This document shows positions 24,898-37,021 of a stretch of DNA of 64,000 nt, piece by piece. How positions within the stretch are numbered: the stretch's first letter is position 1; each line of letters opens with the position of its first letter. A program made the translations under genes and the position numbers. Source of the stretch: Macrostomum lignano (lineage: Eukaryota); contig NIVC01001913.1 of the NCBI GenBank assembly GCA_002269645.1, forward strand, positions 124,001-188,000, given 5' to 3'. A model generated the notes under the pieces. It saw only the letters and a program-made list of their open reading frames with translations. It was not told where the DNA came from and ran no database searches.

Positions 24898-26757
24898 CAC
24901 AGAAGAAGTGGACGGTAAGAGAAGGATGCACTGTACATCAGAACCGTTTTGTATGCTAGTATACTTGTGTGCTGCAAACAATTGTCCATAAAAAACTAAG
25001 TTATGTACTCCCACCTTTTACTGTAAGACTATCAGTGGCATTGCAATGGTTTTTCACGCATAACCTTTGAATGAAATGGCCAAAATACACGCGACTGAAT
25101 TCATTGGAAAGGAGAGATGCGCCGCCTTAAAATGACTCCAAAGTGGTGCTTGCAGCTGCTACTGTTTTTGCTCTGGGATTAAAAGTGTCAGGAACTTTGT
25201 TGTTAAACGGGGGTGGGAGCAGTTGCTACCCGCGGATCAGCCCTGAAAGGGGCTCTGCCGCTGATGGGCACTTCCAGGGGCCTAAGCCCGAGATACCCAC
25301 TAAACTAGTTGGTTAGACCCTAACGTCTTGGCTAGAGATGGGTGTGAACTACTACCCAAACCTATGGACTAAGGCACCGCCAACCCAAAAGTGGAATCAG
25401 GGACGGTGCTAGGACCGAGTCCACCCAGGCCACCATCCAGCAGACAAGTCTTTGGGAGTGCGCGCGAAAAAATAGTTTGAAAAGCTTAGTTTGCTACTTA
25501 GAGCGGTCCGAGAGCGGGGAAACCCCAGAGGTCTACGGAAAAAGCAATAGTTAGGAATTTGGTATTTGGCTGGAATGCCTTTGTTTCCAAGGGCGAGTCT
25601 CCTATCAAGAGGTAAGGTAGACAAAACCCTCCTATAGGGCTGCAAGCCACAATGGTATCACCTATCCAGCTTTAGATTGGAGGCCGGGCCAAGGGGACCC
25701 AGACTCAGCCGGTATCCCCGATTCGGGACGAACTTCTTACCCAGGACTCCAGTCCACTGTCAGGATGAGAGCCGAGACACAAGGGCAAGGAGACAGCCAG
25801 AGGAGCCAGCAGATGGACCAAGGACTAAACCAAGGCCGAGGGCCGAAAAACTAATTGGAATGAAAAAAGGGTTATTTTTAGAATGGGCACAGCCCCTCCG
25901 GGGCGGACCCTTAAAAAATTGGGCTAGCCGAAGCCAGGCCAATCGGATTGCGCACAACCCTTAGACAAGCTACCAGAGAGGCAGCCAGGGTAAAAACAGT
26001 CAGAGACCGTCTGTACGGCTTTCTGGACACTTTTCCGGACACCCCTCGTACATGTACAATTATTATTATTACAAGTAAATCACTCATTTTCGACTTCTAC
26101 TTCTTTTTGTATTGATGAAGGGCGCATGATTTTCAACCCTAGAATCGCACCAGAGTTCCCGCCTCCTTCTCTTTTACTCTTAGTAGGTTAGTTTGGGATT
26201 TTTCGTTTTTATTTAATCCAGGCCTTGTTTTTTCGAACTCTGCCTAACCTTTTGAGATCTACTTTTCTCAGATTTTCTTGCATTAAGAGGTCAACATGTT
26301 TAGGCTGACCTTTAGAGATTTACGATCTCTTACTACATGTATCTGTCACTTTTAGCGACAAAGATCGAGTCTGAGAAAGTGATCATTTGTGATCATCTTG
26401 CTGTCATTGATTTCGGCTCTAAAAAGTTTCGAAAAGGGTGTGAGAGGCCGCTCTGTGAAAGTGTTTTTTATGGTTTTGAGCTCAGCCAATCAGAGTCAAT
26501 TAGCTAGTCATCCCGGTCTCGTCCAATCAGGAAACTCGACGCTGGTTATAACAAATCGACCACTGCAAACCAATTTGATAGCGACTACCCGCCTTTCTGG
26601 TCATCGTGGTTGCAAACTGGTTTGGAAGGAAGGAAGCCAATTTTGACTCAAATTTTTTATAAATCCGAGCTGAAATCCCATACGCGGAGCAGCCTCAGGA
26701 GAACTTAGACTTGCGGTCTGGAAGTGAGAATTTGTGCGTTTTAACACTAGACTTAAT

Positions 26758-26791
26758 TCTCTCTCTTTCTGTTTCTCTCTCTCTCTCTTTC

Positions 26792-26868
<77 letters not shown>
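26758..26868. repeat. (CT)n microsatellite
   Basis: Dinucleotide run with an imperfect 5' end. Confidence 0.97.
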
Positions 26869-26869
<1 letters not shown>

Positions 26870-27547
26870 GTGTGCTAAAGCGAGTTCTTCAAGGACCCAG
26901 GTGCTCGCCTCATCTTTGCTACCTTGGGTCGGAGCCCATTGACAGATATAAATGCTGCAAAAGACGTGGATTGAGCGAGTCTCGCTACCGCATCAGCAAA
27001 TGTCTCGGCAAAAATACTTATCAGCTGCATGGCATGGGGAGTCCATACAGGATTTCTATACTCGAAAAGATTTCGATCAAAAGGCCTAAGAAGGCTAGCT
27101 GAACCCATATGTAGGATTATTCCTACTCGGGGAAAATTGCATCCATATACAAATTCTACAAAAATGGATCTAGTCGAAATATTTATCTTCTTTCATTCTC
27201 TGAACCAGAACATTAAAATAGGATCACAATAAGCAACGATGATTACTAGTGGTCATTTTGCATACAATTGATGCAAGCATGCGATGATAACGACAATCAA
27301 CAATGAGCAATCCAAAGAGTCGATCGAACGACGAGCGCGTCAAACAGCTTCTTAGAAATGTTTTAAATTACATTTTTGCTTCTACAATTGAACGCTCGTG
27401 GACCTCATCGTACAAAGAAGTATCTTTCAGGTGAGAAAAGAAAGTTACACTTACCCGTACTTACAGTGTGGTCGTTTGGTTGAGCTCGAGTAGATATTTT
27501 ATATTTTTCGCTGTCTTAAGCACAAAGTTTCTAAAAGGAAAATCAAA

Positions 27548-27650
27548 ATGTTCCCTACCTCTGGATTTTTTCGATCGCACAATTGCCCTTACTATCTCTC
27601 TGGCCTCTGTGAGCGCCCATACTGCCACTTTCGTCACATGAAACAAGAAG
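27548..27650 (+). CDS. REXO1: REXO1 exon 1 (N-terminal Cys/His motif)
   Basis: [34 protein letters not shown], donor G|gtaagc. Confidence 0.88.
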
Positions 27651-30600
27651 GTAAGCTAGTAGTAATATTTATAACTGTTAGCTAGCTAGATGATTGGTTG
27701 CTTCCTGACTCTGCTTAGGGCCGTTATAATTTATTACTGCTTAATAAATTTATAATTAATTTAGAGACTAGGGGGGAGTCAGAGTCTACATTACAATACA
27801 AGGCCTACAAATTAATTTATTTCTCTTTGACCCAGTCTTCCCAGTATTAGAAATGTTAATTTTACAGAAATATTATATAATTAAACAGTTGCTCTATAAT
27901 ATTGGCCCTTGCATGAAATTTAATAAAAAGCAAGCACATTGGCAGTGTTGGGCACCAATAATGAAAATCTTAACTTCCATTAACGGCAAAAGCATATTAG
28001 GCCTAGCATTAAAAAAAACTAGAAAATCTTAACTTATTAGGTCTTAATTTCGAAATTAACTGATAGTTATTAGTAAGCATTAATCTGTTAAAGTTAACAC
28101 AAATTATAGAAATCTTACACTTTTTTTCAAAACAGGCTTCCATAATGCACTGTCTTTGCTTTTCCACCTTTTAGCAAAACATAGAGGTTGGCTAAGCAAT
28201 TTTTGAAACTTATGTATAATAATCCTAAAAGTAAATATATGGTAAAAGAAGTAACCTCTTTATTTGAAACTTAAAAGCTAATTAATTAATAATAAAATAT
28301 AAATACAAAGGTTGTTTACGAAAAAGGTTACTTACGAAAGATTGGGAAAAAAGTTAATCAAAGTGATCCATGCTCATATGCAAGCATGTATGTGTAACCT
28401 TGGGAATCACTTGGCTGTTTCTATTGGCAACACACACATATAAGTTGCTATTGGTTGAGGGCAGTCACATGACTACTATTCCATCTAATAGCAACTTACA
28501 TGTGCATGTTGCCAATAGAAATGGCTGGGTGAATCCTTAGGTTGTGCCCAAGCATGTGTACAAGCAATAAAGTTCATAATTTTACAAGTATAATTCATTA
28601 TTAAAGTTTAGTAATAAAAAATTATTACTTTGCATGATCATTGACATTGTCATTAAGAGATTAATTGGGCATTTGAAGAGTTTAAGAGTGGTGATCAGTC
28701 ACTCAAAAACTCCCACTTCTAGACACTGGGGAACAAGTGCCTAGGTATTTACCAGTTCAAACAACTTATTGCAGCGGATCCTCTTGGGGTCGGCAGCCGG
28801 TGGAGTTCTGTGGCGCGTTGGGATAGCAAGCTTGCTGAGCGGTTACGGTGACCAGTTCCGGTGAACAACTGTTTTTCTTTGGTGTCCTTAACTTTATTGG
28901 TGTGGGTCAACCAGAACGAGAGCGAATCAGAATTCTTGACAGTCCTCGAGCTCGGAATTAACAATAGAACATGCACCCTAATGAACAATTGAATTCTCTA
29001 ATTTTCTGTGATAGGTCCTCCTGAAGGGCGTCTTCTTCGTTACATTTGAAACATAACGGATAACTCAATTAACTCAATAAATCCTCTAGGAATATCCTAG
29101 GAAACAAGGAGGCCTTTCTCAAATGTATCAACAATTAACTGATCTCGTATAACTCAATTAACCAACTTATTAAAGCTAGTAACAAATAACTAAATTGGGT
29201 AAACGCTTACCAATTGGACAGGTGTGGTCCCTCAGAGATTGGTCTTCTTGTTTCTTCAGAGTCTTCTTAGAGACCGCTCCGTGTCTGAATTTTTGACTTG
29301 AATTTTCACTTATATTTATAGCAAAATTTTGGAGAAAAACTGGTTTGGGATTGGGTATTTACTTAGGTCAAAAATGTTTGATTAAGCGGTAATGCATGTT
29401 TGAGCATTACCATATATGGAGTTAAACAAATACAGCTGTTGAAATCTGGTTCCTTGATCAAACAATGTTGGGTTCTAAATCATTCTGTTTGCATGTGATT
29501 CCTAAAATAGATATGACTCATTTTGAAAGAAATTGACTTCCTTAGAATATTACTTTAAGTAGAGCATTACGGTATGGTCTAATAACTCTCTACACATTTA
29601 GGTAAATTCAAATGTATCTGGTTATAACTTCTCTTTAGACTTATATTTTGTTCCTTCTTTGCATCTTTGGTCATTGCCATTATGACCAAACATTGCCATT
29701 AACATTAACAATGAATTTGTCATTAACTCACAAAATGATTAATACAAATTTGTTAATCTGTTCATTCAAAAAATCTTAATGGCAGTCTAGTAATGTTAAT
29801 AAAAAATCTTAATGCTTATTAACAGATTAATGCTTATTAATGGACTGGTGCCCAACACTGCACATTGGTATGATATAAATATTGGCCTTGTTTTTTCATT
29901 TTTAGGCATTTAATTTTAGTATTTTTACAACTATAAGTTTATCAATATTAGGCCTATATTTTAAAAATCTTGCATTGAATTTAAATTTCTTTAATTAATA
30001 AGTATGCCCTAGTCCCATTAGGAAAAATTTGCAGCAAAAAAGATAGATATGCAGTAATCAAAATAAATATTGGATAGTTTTTTATTTAAACAAATTAAAG
30101 TTTTTAGTCTAATTATAATAATGGTATTGGTACTCTTTTAATGCATATGTAGTAAGTAAGGCAAAAAATGCTAAAAACTTTTTATTTAACTGCAACTTCG
30201 TCCTTTTCACTGTTTCAGTTATCCCTCTTTCCAATTTCAAAATCCTAGGTATGCCACTAATTTAGTCTAAGACTAAGGCCAGTATTTTTAATTTGGACAA
30301 ATTCAATTGCAAAAAGTATATTTAGTATTTAGTAACTTAGACATTAGTATAGGTGGATTGATTATAAAAATAGTATTTTTGCTATGTAGGCCTATAATAT
30401 TATTAGTTTTATTAAGTAGTATCATATTTATTTTTTAAATAATATTATAGACCTATTAGATTAGTCCAATTGCTTTTATTATAACTTGAAGCAATGATTG
30501 ATAAAAACTATGCCTGTAGTTCAATAACTTGTGTATCCTTTAAATAAATATATACATTATATATAGAGAACATTGTATAAATAAAAGAATTTGTTTTATT

Positions 30601-33600
30601 ATCCTATATAAAATATTTTATTTCTGTATATTGCTAAAATTACTTTTACCAAAATATAATTTTTCTTTTTAGATAGAACAGCACCTGTTAGACCAGTTCA
30701 ACAGTTATCAAAATCTGTAAGTTCACTTGTATTAAATTTTATTCTATTGATATTATAATAGCCTAAGGTTTTATTTGTTAAGTGTTAGGATGTCAATATG
30801 TGTTAGGATATCAGAAAATGTGCTAGGAAATCAAGGGATGCGCTGGGATGTTGGGGAGTTTGCTAGGATGTTAGAAAATGGGCTAGGATGTTAGGAATGT
30901 GCTTAGGATGTCAGAATGTGCTAGGATGTCAGGGAATGTGTTTGGGTGTCAGGAAATGTGTTAGAATATCAGGGAATGTGCTAGGATGTTAGGGAGAGTG
31001 CTAAGATGTTAGAAAATGTGCTAGGATGTCAGGAGATACGCTAGGATGTCAGGGAATGTGCTAGGGTGTCAAGAGATGTGCTAGGATGTCAGGGAATGTG
31101 CTAGGATGTCAAAATGTGCTTGGATGTCAGGGAATGTGCTTGGATGTCAGGGAATGTGCTAGGATGTCAAGGAACGTGCTAGGATGTTAGGGAATGTGTT
31201 AAGATGTTAGGGAATGTGTTAGTATGTCAGGGAATGTGCTTGAATGTCGGTGATTATTTCAAGCTAGCCTATCACTCCAAGGCAATGCTGGCTGACCATA
31301 TCATTTGCAGACCCGACCAGCGGAGCCCCCGGCGCCTCCAGTCAGACAGTTGTCCAACCGGTCGCGTCAATCCTTATCTAAATCAGAATCCTCTGACGGT
31401 GGTGGCGGCTGCAGCGGCGAAACCGGAACTGACGGAGTGTCAGCAGTCGGGGGCGACGAGTACACGCCCACACCGCTGAGCGTGCTGCGTCGGGCCAAGG
31501 CTCCGCCAGCTGCCCCGCAGTTGCAGCAGCCGTCGTACGAGCCGACTCCCCTGACTGTGCAGCAGCAGCAGCAGCAGCCTGCAGCGTCCTCGTCTAAATC
31601 GACAGATGCCACTGCTGCCAAAGCCAGTGTCCGTCGGCGACCTCTGCAACTACCGGCGCCCAAAGTCGGCGCCGACACCAATCGAACCTCGGCGACAGTA
31701 TCGTCTACCGGCGAAGACTACAGTCCGGCTGAGGAGCGACAGCCGGCTGTCGACGACTCCTCGGAGGCCAAACGGATTCGATATGACTCGTCCGCTTCGC
31801 CGACAACTGTCGAGCCGAGCTACGAGCCAACGCCAATAGGCGGTTGCTATGGCGACAACGAAGCTGAAGACAATGAGGACGACTGTAACGATGACGAGTA
31901 CTGCCCGACTGCGGTGCCGACAGTTGCATCGGCGTCAGCGACTGTTGATAAGCCTCAACAGAAGGTCAATGATGTTGCCAAAGGAGGAGAAGGCGGCGAG
32001 ATCAAACGAGTTTTTCTCGATCTGTTCGGCGAAGAGCCGCCGAGTTCTTCATCAGAGTCGGCGTCTGTTTCAATGGCAGCTCCGCCGGTGCAGTCTGCTA
32101 CCAGCTCTGCTCCTGCCGCTACGGCGTCTTCTACTGCAGCGTCATCTTTGCAGTCTGGAAAAGGTTCGTGTGTTATTCTGTGGCTATATATGTTTTCCAA
32201 TATATTGATACAGATTATAGTCTATTTTGTAATTATATTTTATAAGTCTATCACCGATTCACCGTCTATCACCATAGTACCGGTATTTATGCTCTAAAGC
32301 CAGACTCAGATGAGCCTATAGTCTATGGCCAGACTCAGATGAGCATATAGTCTTTGGGCAGACTCAGATGAGCATATAGTCTATGGGCAGACTCAGATGA
32401 GCATATAGTCTATGGCCAGACTCAGATGAGCATATAATCTATGGCCAGACTCAGATGAGCATATAGTCTTTGGGCAGACTCAGATGAGCATATAGTCTAT
32501 GGGCAGACTCAGATGAGCATATAGTCTATGGCCAGACTCAGATGAGCATATAGTCTATGGCCAGACTCAGATGAGCATATAGTCTATGGGCAGACTCAGA
32601 TGAGCATATAGTCTATCGGCAAGACTAAGATGAGCTTATAGTCTATGGGCAGACTCAGATGAGCATATAGTCTATCGGCAAGACTAAGATGAGCTTATAG
32701 TCTATGGGCAAGACTCAGACATTAAGCTAGCAGTCATAATTGTTTTGCCCCATTCCGCCAGCCGGCTCAGCCGTCCGCAGACTGACGCCATCCGAGCAAG
32801 TGGCCAGACGGGCCCAACAGCTCGCTGCCAATCCTGCAGCCCTGCTCAGCCAAGGCAAAGTTCGCGCTCCGTCCGTCGCTGCCACAGCCGCTGCCGGTTC
32901 AGCTCCAGTCGTAGCGGTCCCTGCCAGCCCGTTGCCTGGCACCGTTGCCAACAAGATCCCGGATGTGGTTCGCCAGCGCTATCTGGATCGTCTGGCCGAG
33001 GAGTGCCGCCTCGCTGCCACCTCGGCTGGTCCGGACCCCGGCTCAGCTGCCAGCCGGCGGGCCCAGCAGCTTGAACTGGAATGCTACGAGCGCAGCGCCA
33101 ACCGCAACGTGTATTTAAACGCGGTCATATTAGCTATTAAGCGGGTTCGAGCCTCGGCTGGCAATTCCGCCAATCAGCAACAGCAGAAGAGGCCGCAACA
33201 ACCGGAAGAAGCTGGTCAACTATCCGATAAGCGGTTTTATAAGCACTTATTAAAGTACGCGATGACCCCTGCTCAGCTAGCCGAGAATCGCTATCCGCCG
33301 CATCTGCCGCCGCTGCCCTATGCGCCCCGGCTAATCCGTTGGAGCGGCTGTGCGTTCGCTGCGGCGCCGCCTTCCTGCTGCAGCAGCCTGACTTGACCAC
33401 CCCGCCAGGCCAGTGCTGCTATCACTATGGCCGGGCCTACAGTCGGCGAGTACCGGGGGCCGGTGTACAGCAGATCTACAGCTGCTGCGGTGGCGACCTG
33501 CAAACCAAAGGTTGCTCGCTAGGCGAACGGCACGTGCACGAGTACAATGTGTACTGCGATACCGAGGGCTACAGGGACACAGTTGCGCCAGATAAAGCTG

Positions 33601-36527
33601 TGAGCGTCTGGGGGGTTGTGCATCCCTTTTGATACCGCGACACCGAGTGGCACCGATCAGATTCAAAATGGCACCAATAATATTCAAAACGGCACCCATA
33701 GCATTCAAAATAACACCAATAAGATTCAAAATGGCACCAATAATATTCAAAGTGGCACCAATAATATTCAAAATGGCACCAATAATATTCAAAATGGCAC
33801 CAATAATATTCAAAATGGCACCAATAATATTCAAAGTGGCACCAATAAGATTCAAAACGGCACCCATAACATTCAAAATAACACCAATAAGATTCAAAAT
33901 GGCACCAATAATATTCAAAATGGCACCCATAACATTCAAAATGGCACCAATAATATTCAAAATGGCACCTATAAGATTCAAAATGGCACCAATAATATTC
34001 AAAATGGCACCAATAATATTCAAAATGGCACCAATAATATTCAAAATGGCACCAATAAGATTCAAAACGGCACCCATAACATTCAAAATAACACCAATAA
34101 TATTCAAAATGGCACCCATAACATTCAAAATGGCACCAATAATATTCAAAATGGCACCAATACGCTCGTAATATTCAAAATGGCACCCATAACATTCAAC
34201 ATGGCACTTATAAAAAGATTCAAATTGGCACCAATAAGATTCAAAAAAGGCACCTATCGGATTCAAAATAGCACCAATAATATTCAAAATGGCACCCATC
34301 GGATTCAAAATGGCACCAAAAAGATTCAAAATGGCACCCATCGGATTCAAAATGGCATCCGTAAGCTTCAAAGTGGCACCCATAATCAAAATGGCACCCA
34401 TAAGATGCAAAATGGCACCTGTCAGGTTCAAAATGACATCTATCACATTGAAATTGGCACCCATCAGGTTCAAATTAGAAGAGCAGCAGATCAATTTGTA
34501 ATTATCCCTAGTCAATCTCAATGAAACCGCAGACCGTGTCCAAGAAGCTACGCCGCGAGGTGTACGCCCTAGACTGCGAGATGATCTACACAGACGCCGG
34601 CAAAGAGCTGGCCCGAGTCACGGTGATCGATCGCAGTTTGTCAGTCGTTTACGACCGCCTGGTGCACCCGTCGGCTCCGATAGTTGACTGCAATACTCGC
34701 TTCTCCGGGCTGCGAGCCGAGCAGCTGGTCAGCGCCCAGCACCGGCTAGCCGACGTGCAAGACGAACTGCTGAAACTGATCTATTCCACTAGCATACTCA
34801 TTGGACACAGTCTGGAAAGCGATCTCCAAGTGTTGAAGCTGCGTCATGGCACTGTTGTGGATACTAGCATCGTGTTTCCGCATCGGCAGGGCCTGCCCAA
34901 GAAGCGAGCATTGCGCAATCTGGCTAGCGAGATTCTTAATAAGATTATTCAGACTGGCGGCGGTGAGTTGGGTGGGGTTTCAGTTTCTATAGTCTAAATA
35001 TTGTATGTTTAATACTCTCGTTGGGTTATTAGAATAGCCGTATCCATGGGAAATCCCCGTTGCTAAAATGTCTGTATCCTAGGAAAATCCCAGTTGCTGA
35101 AATGTCTGTATCCTAAGGAAATCCCAGTTGCTAAAATGACTGTATCCTAGGGAAATCCCAGTTGCTGAAATGTCTGTATCCTAAGGAAATCCCAGTTGCT
35201 AAAATGACTGTATCCTAAGGAAATCCCAGTTGCTAAAATGACTGTATCCTAGGGAATCCCAGTTGCTGAAATGAGTCAAGGGAAATCCCAGTTTCTAAAA
35301 TGACTGTATCCTAAGGAAATCCCAGTTGCTGAAATGTCTGTATCCTAGGGAATCCCAGTTGCTGAAATGTCTGTATCCTAGGGAATCCCAGTTGCTGAAA
35401 TGAGTCAAGGGAAATCCCAGTTTCTAAAATGACTGTATCCTAAGGAAATCCCAGTTGCTGAAATGTCTGTATCCTAGGGAATCCCAGTTGCTGAAATGTC
35501 TGTATCCTAGGGAATCCCAGTTGCTAAAATGAGTCAAGGGAAATCCCAGTTGCTAAAATGACTGTATCCTAAGGAAATCCCAGTTGCTGAAATGTCTGTA
35601 TCCTAGGGAATCCCAGTTGCTGAAATGTCTGTATTCTAGGGAAATCCCAGTTGCTGAAATGTCTGTATCCTAGGGAATCCCAGTTGCTAAAATGAGTCAA
35701 GGGAAATCCCAGTTGCTAAAATGACTGTATCCTAAGGAAATCCCAGTTGCTGAAATGTCTGTATCCTAGGGAATCCCAGTTGCTGAAATGTCTGTATTCT
35801 AGGGAAATCCCAGTTGCTGAAATGTCTGTATCCTAGGGAAATCCCAGTTGCTAGAATGACTATCCTAGGAAAATCCCAGTTGCTAGGATGACTGTATCCA
35901 TGGGAAATCCCCGTTGCTAAAATGAGTCAAGGGAAATCCCAGCAGCTAGAATGACTGTATCCTAAGGAAATTCCAGTTGCTAGGATATATTAGTACTTAA
36001 GGAAAATCCGAGCAGTTAGAATGACTGTATCCTAGGAAAATCCCAGTTGCTAGGATGACTGTATCCATGGGAAATCCCAGTTGCTAGAATGATGTATCCA
36101 TGGGAAATCCCTGTTGCCAAATTGACTGTAACCAAGGGAAATCCTAGTAGCTAGAATGACTGTATCCTAGGAAAATCCCAGTTGCTAGGATGACTGTATC
36201 CTAGGAAAATCCCAGTTGCTAGGATAACTGTATCCTAGGAAAATCCCAGTTGCTAGGATAACTGTATCCATGGGAAATCCCAGTTGCTAGGATAACTGTA
36301 TCCATGGGAAATCCCAGTTGCTAGAATGATGTATCCAAGAAAAATAGCTGTATCCAAGGTAAATATTAGTTGCTAGATGTGCAAAAAATCCGTTACAATG
36401 CTACTGACCTTATCATTGCGCTGCAGATGCTGGCCACGATTCCAGCGAGGACGCTCAAGCCTGCATGGAGCTGATGTTCTACAAGCTGACGGAGGATCTC
36501 AAAAAGTGCAAATTCTCCTCTTCTTGA
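27548..36527 (+). CDS. REXO1: RNA exonuclease 1 homolog (DEDDh 3'-5' exonuclease), 6 exons, about 789 aa if one missing base is restored in exon 4
   Basis: Exons 27548-27650, 30673-30716, 31311-32163, 32762-33599, 34533-34962, 36427-36527; all introns GT-AG and phase-consistent. N-terminal [26 protein letters not shown]; [11 protein letters not shown]; Cys-rich CVRCG..CCYHYGR..YSCC..GC..HVH; catalytic [51 protein letters not shown] at 36784. Confidence 0.92.
27943..29860. mobile_element. Non-autonomous hAT-superfamily DNA transposon (1918 bp) in REXO1 intron 1
   Basis: Perfect 15-bp TIRs CAGTGTTGGGCACCA (27943-27957) and TGGTGCCCAACACTG (29846-29860); exact 8-bp TSD CACATTGG (27935-27942, 29861-29868); 23-bp subterminal inverted repeat with 1 mismatch (about 28069 and 29819); no transposase ORF seen. 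Confidence 0.9.
30780..31250. repeat. About 20 bp degenerate minisatellite (AATGTGCTAGGATGTCAGGG), REXO1 intron 2
   Basis: Recurring GCTAGGATGT core. Confidence 0.92.
31311..32163 (+). CDS. REXO1: REXO1 exon 3 (low-complexity region with YxPTP motifs)
   Basis: tttgcag|ACC ... AAA G|gttcgt; repeated EYTPTP/SYEPTP/YCPT motifs as recalled for the REXO1 N-terminal half. Confidence 0.8.
32295..32720. repeat. 29-bp minisatellite (CAGACTCAGATGAGCATATAGTCTATGGC), REXO1 intron 3
   Basis: About 14 copies. Confidence 0.96.
32762..33599 (+). CDS. REXO1: REXO1 exon 4 (contains a frame discontinuity at about 33295-33340)
   Basis: Frame A reads ...[12 protein letters not shown]...[12 protein letters not shown]; frame B reads LERLCVRCG...[23 protein letters not shown]; donor GCT|gtgagc. 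Confidence 0.8.
33656..34480. repeat. 21-bp minisatellite (ATTCAAAATGGCACCAATAAT), REXO1 intron 4
   Basis: About 38 copies, degenerate at the 3' end. Confidence 0.96.
34533..34962 (+). CDS. REXO1: REXO1 exon 5 (DEDDh exonuclease core)
   Basis: [21 protein letters not shown]...NTRFSG...[28 protein letters not shown]. Confidence 0.95.
35043..36350. repeat. About 33-34 bp minisatellite (GGGAAATCCCAGTTGCTGAAATGTCTGTATCCTA), REXO1 intron 5
   Basis: About 39 copies with a periodic shorter ATGAGTCAAGGG variant. Confidence 0.96.
36427..36527 (+). CDS. REXO1: REXO1 last exon (ExoIII motif)
   Basis: ctgcag|AT GCT GGC CAC GAT TCC AGC GAG GAC = [20 protein letters not shown]...TGA. Confidence 0.92.
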
Positions 36528-37021
36528 TGACCTCAGCTTCACTTATTTCCCAATTTTTCCTCTCGAGCTGGTGTTTGTGTTTTTTTCTGTGCAACGCGTT
36601 GTTTGCATTTTTCTGGCGTTTTGTTTGTATCCTATTTTTATGACTTTAATACATAATGCTTGCTACTTACTACTTTAATATCAGTAGCACATTTTTCGCA
36701 TTGCAATTTGCACCGTCATGGTGAGCCAGACAGCTGGCTGCATATGAGAGTTGGTTAGCCACTCATTACTTTTCTCAAATCAGAATAAAATTTTATTGGT
36801 TTCTTGCACGCAACAGATCTATTTATAGTAGTACTGATTAGCTTTCGTATTAAAAGTGTATGCAGATTATTTGTTTTAAATAGTGAAATTATTTGAATAA
36901 AACAGTGGTTCTTTAATTATTAATAATTTGTCTTCTCTCGTGGTCGGATGTTTAATAGTGTCTGTGCTCAAGTTAATCACAGAAGTTAATGCAATTGCAG
37001 GTGCGGCTTAGATAATTATAT

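Noticed and set aside
33255-33280. 26-nt GT-AG mini-intron that would repair the REXO1 frame
   Set aside because: It is very short and would remove the conserved [12 protein letters not shown] segment.
33616-34524. 302-aa (IQNGTNN)n ORF rich in N-glycosylation sequons, and its antisense 396-aa ORF
   Set aside because: It lies wholly within REXO1 intron 4, is out of frame with both flanking exons, and is simply the translation of the 21-bp minisatellite.
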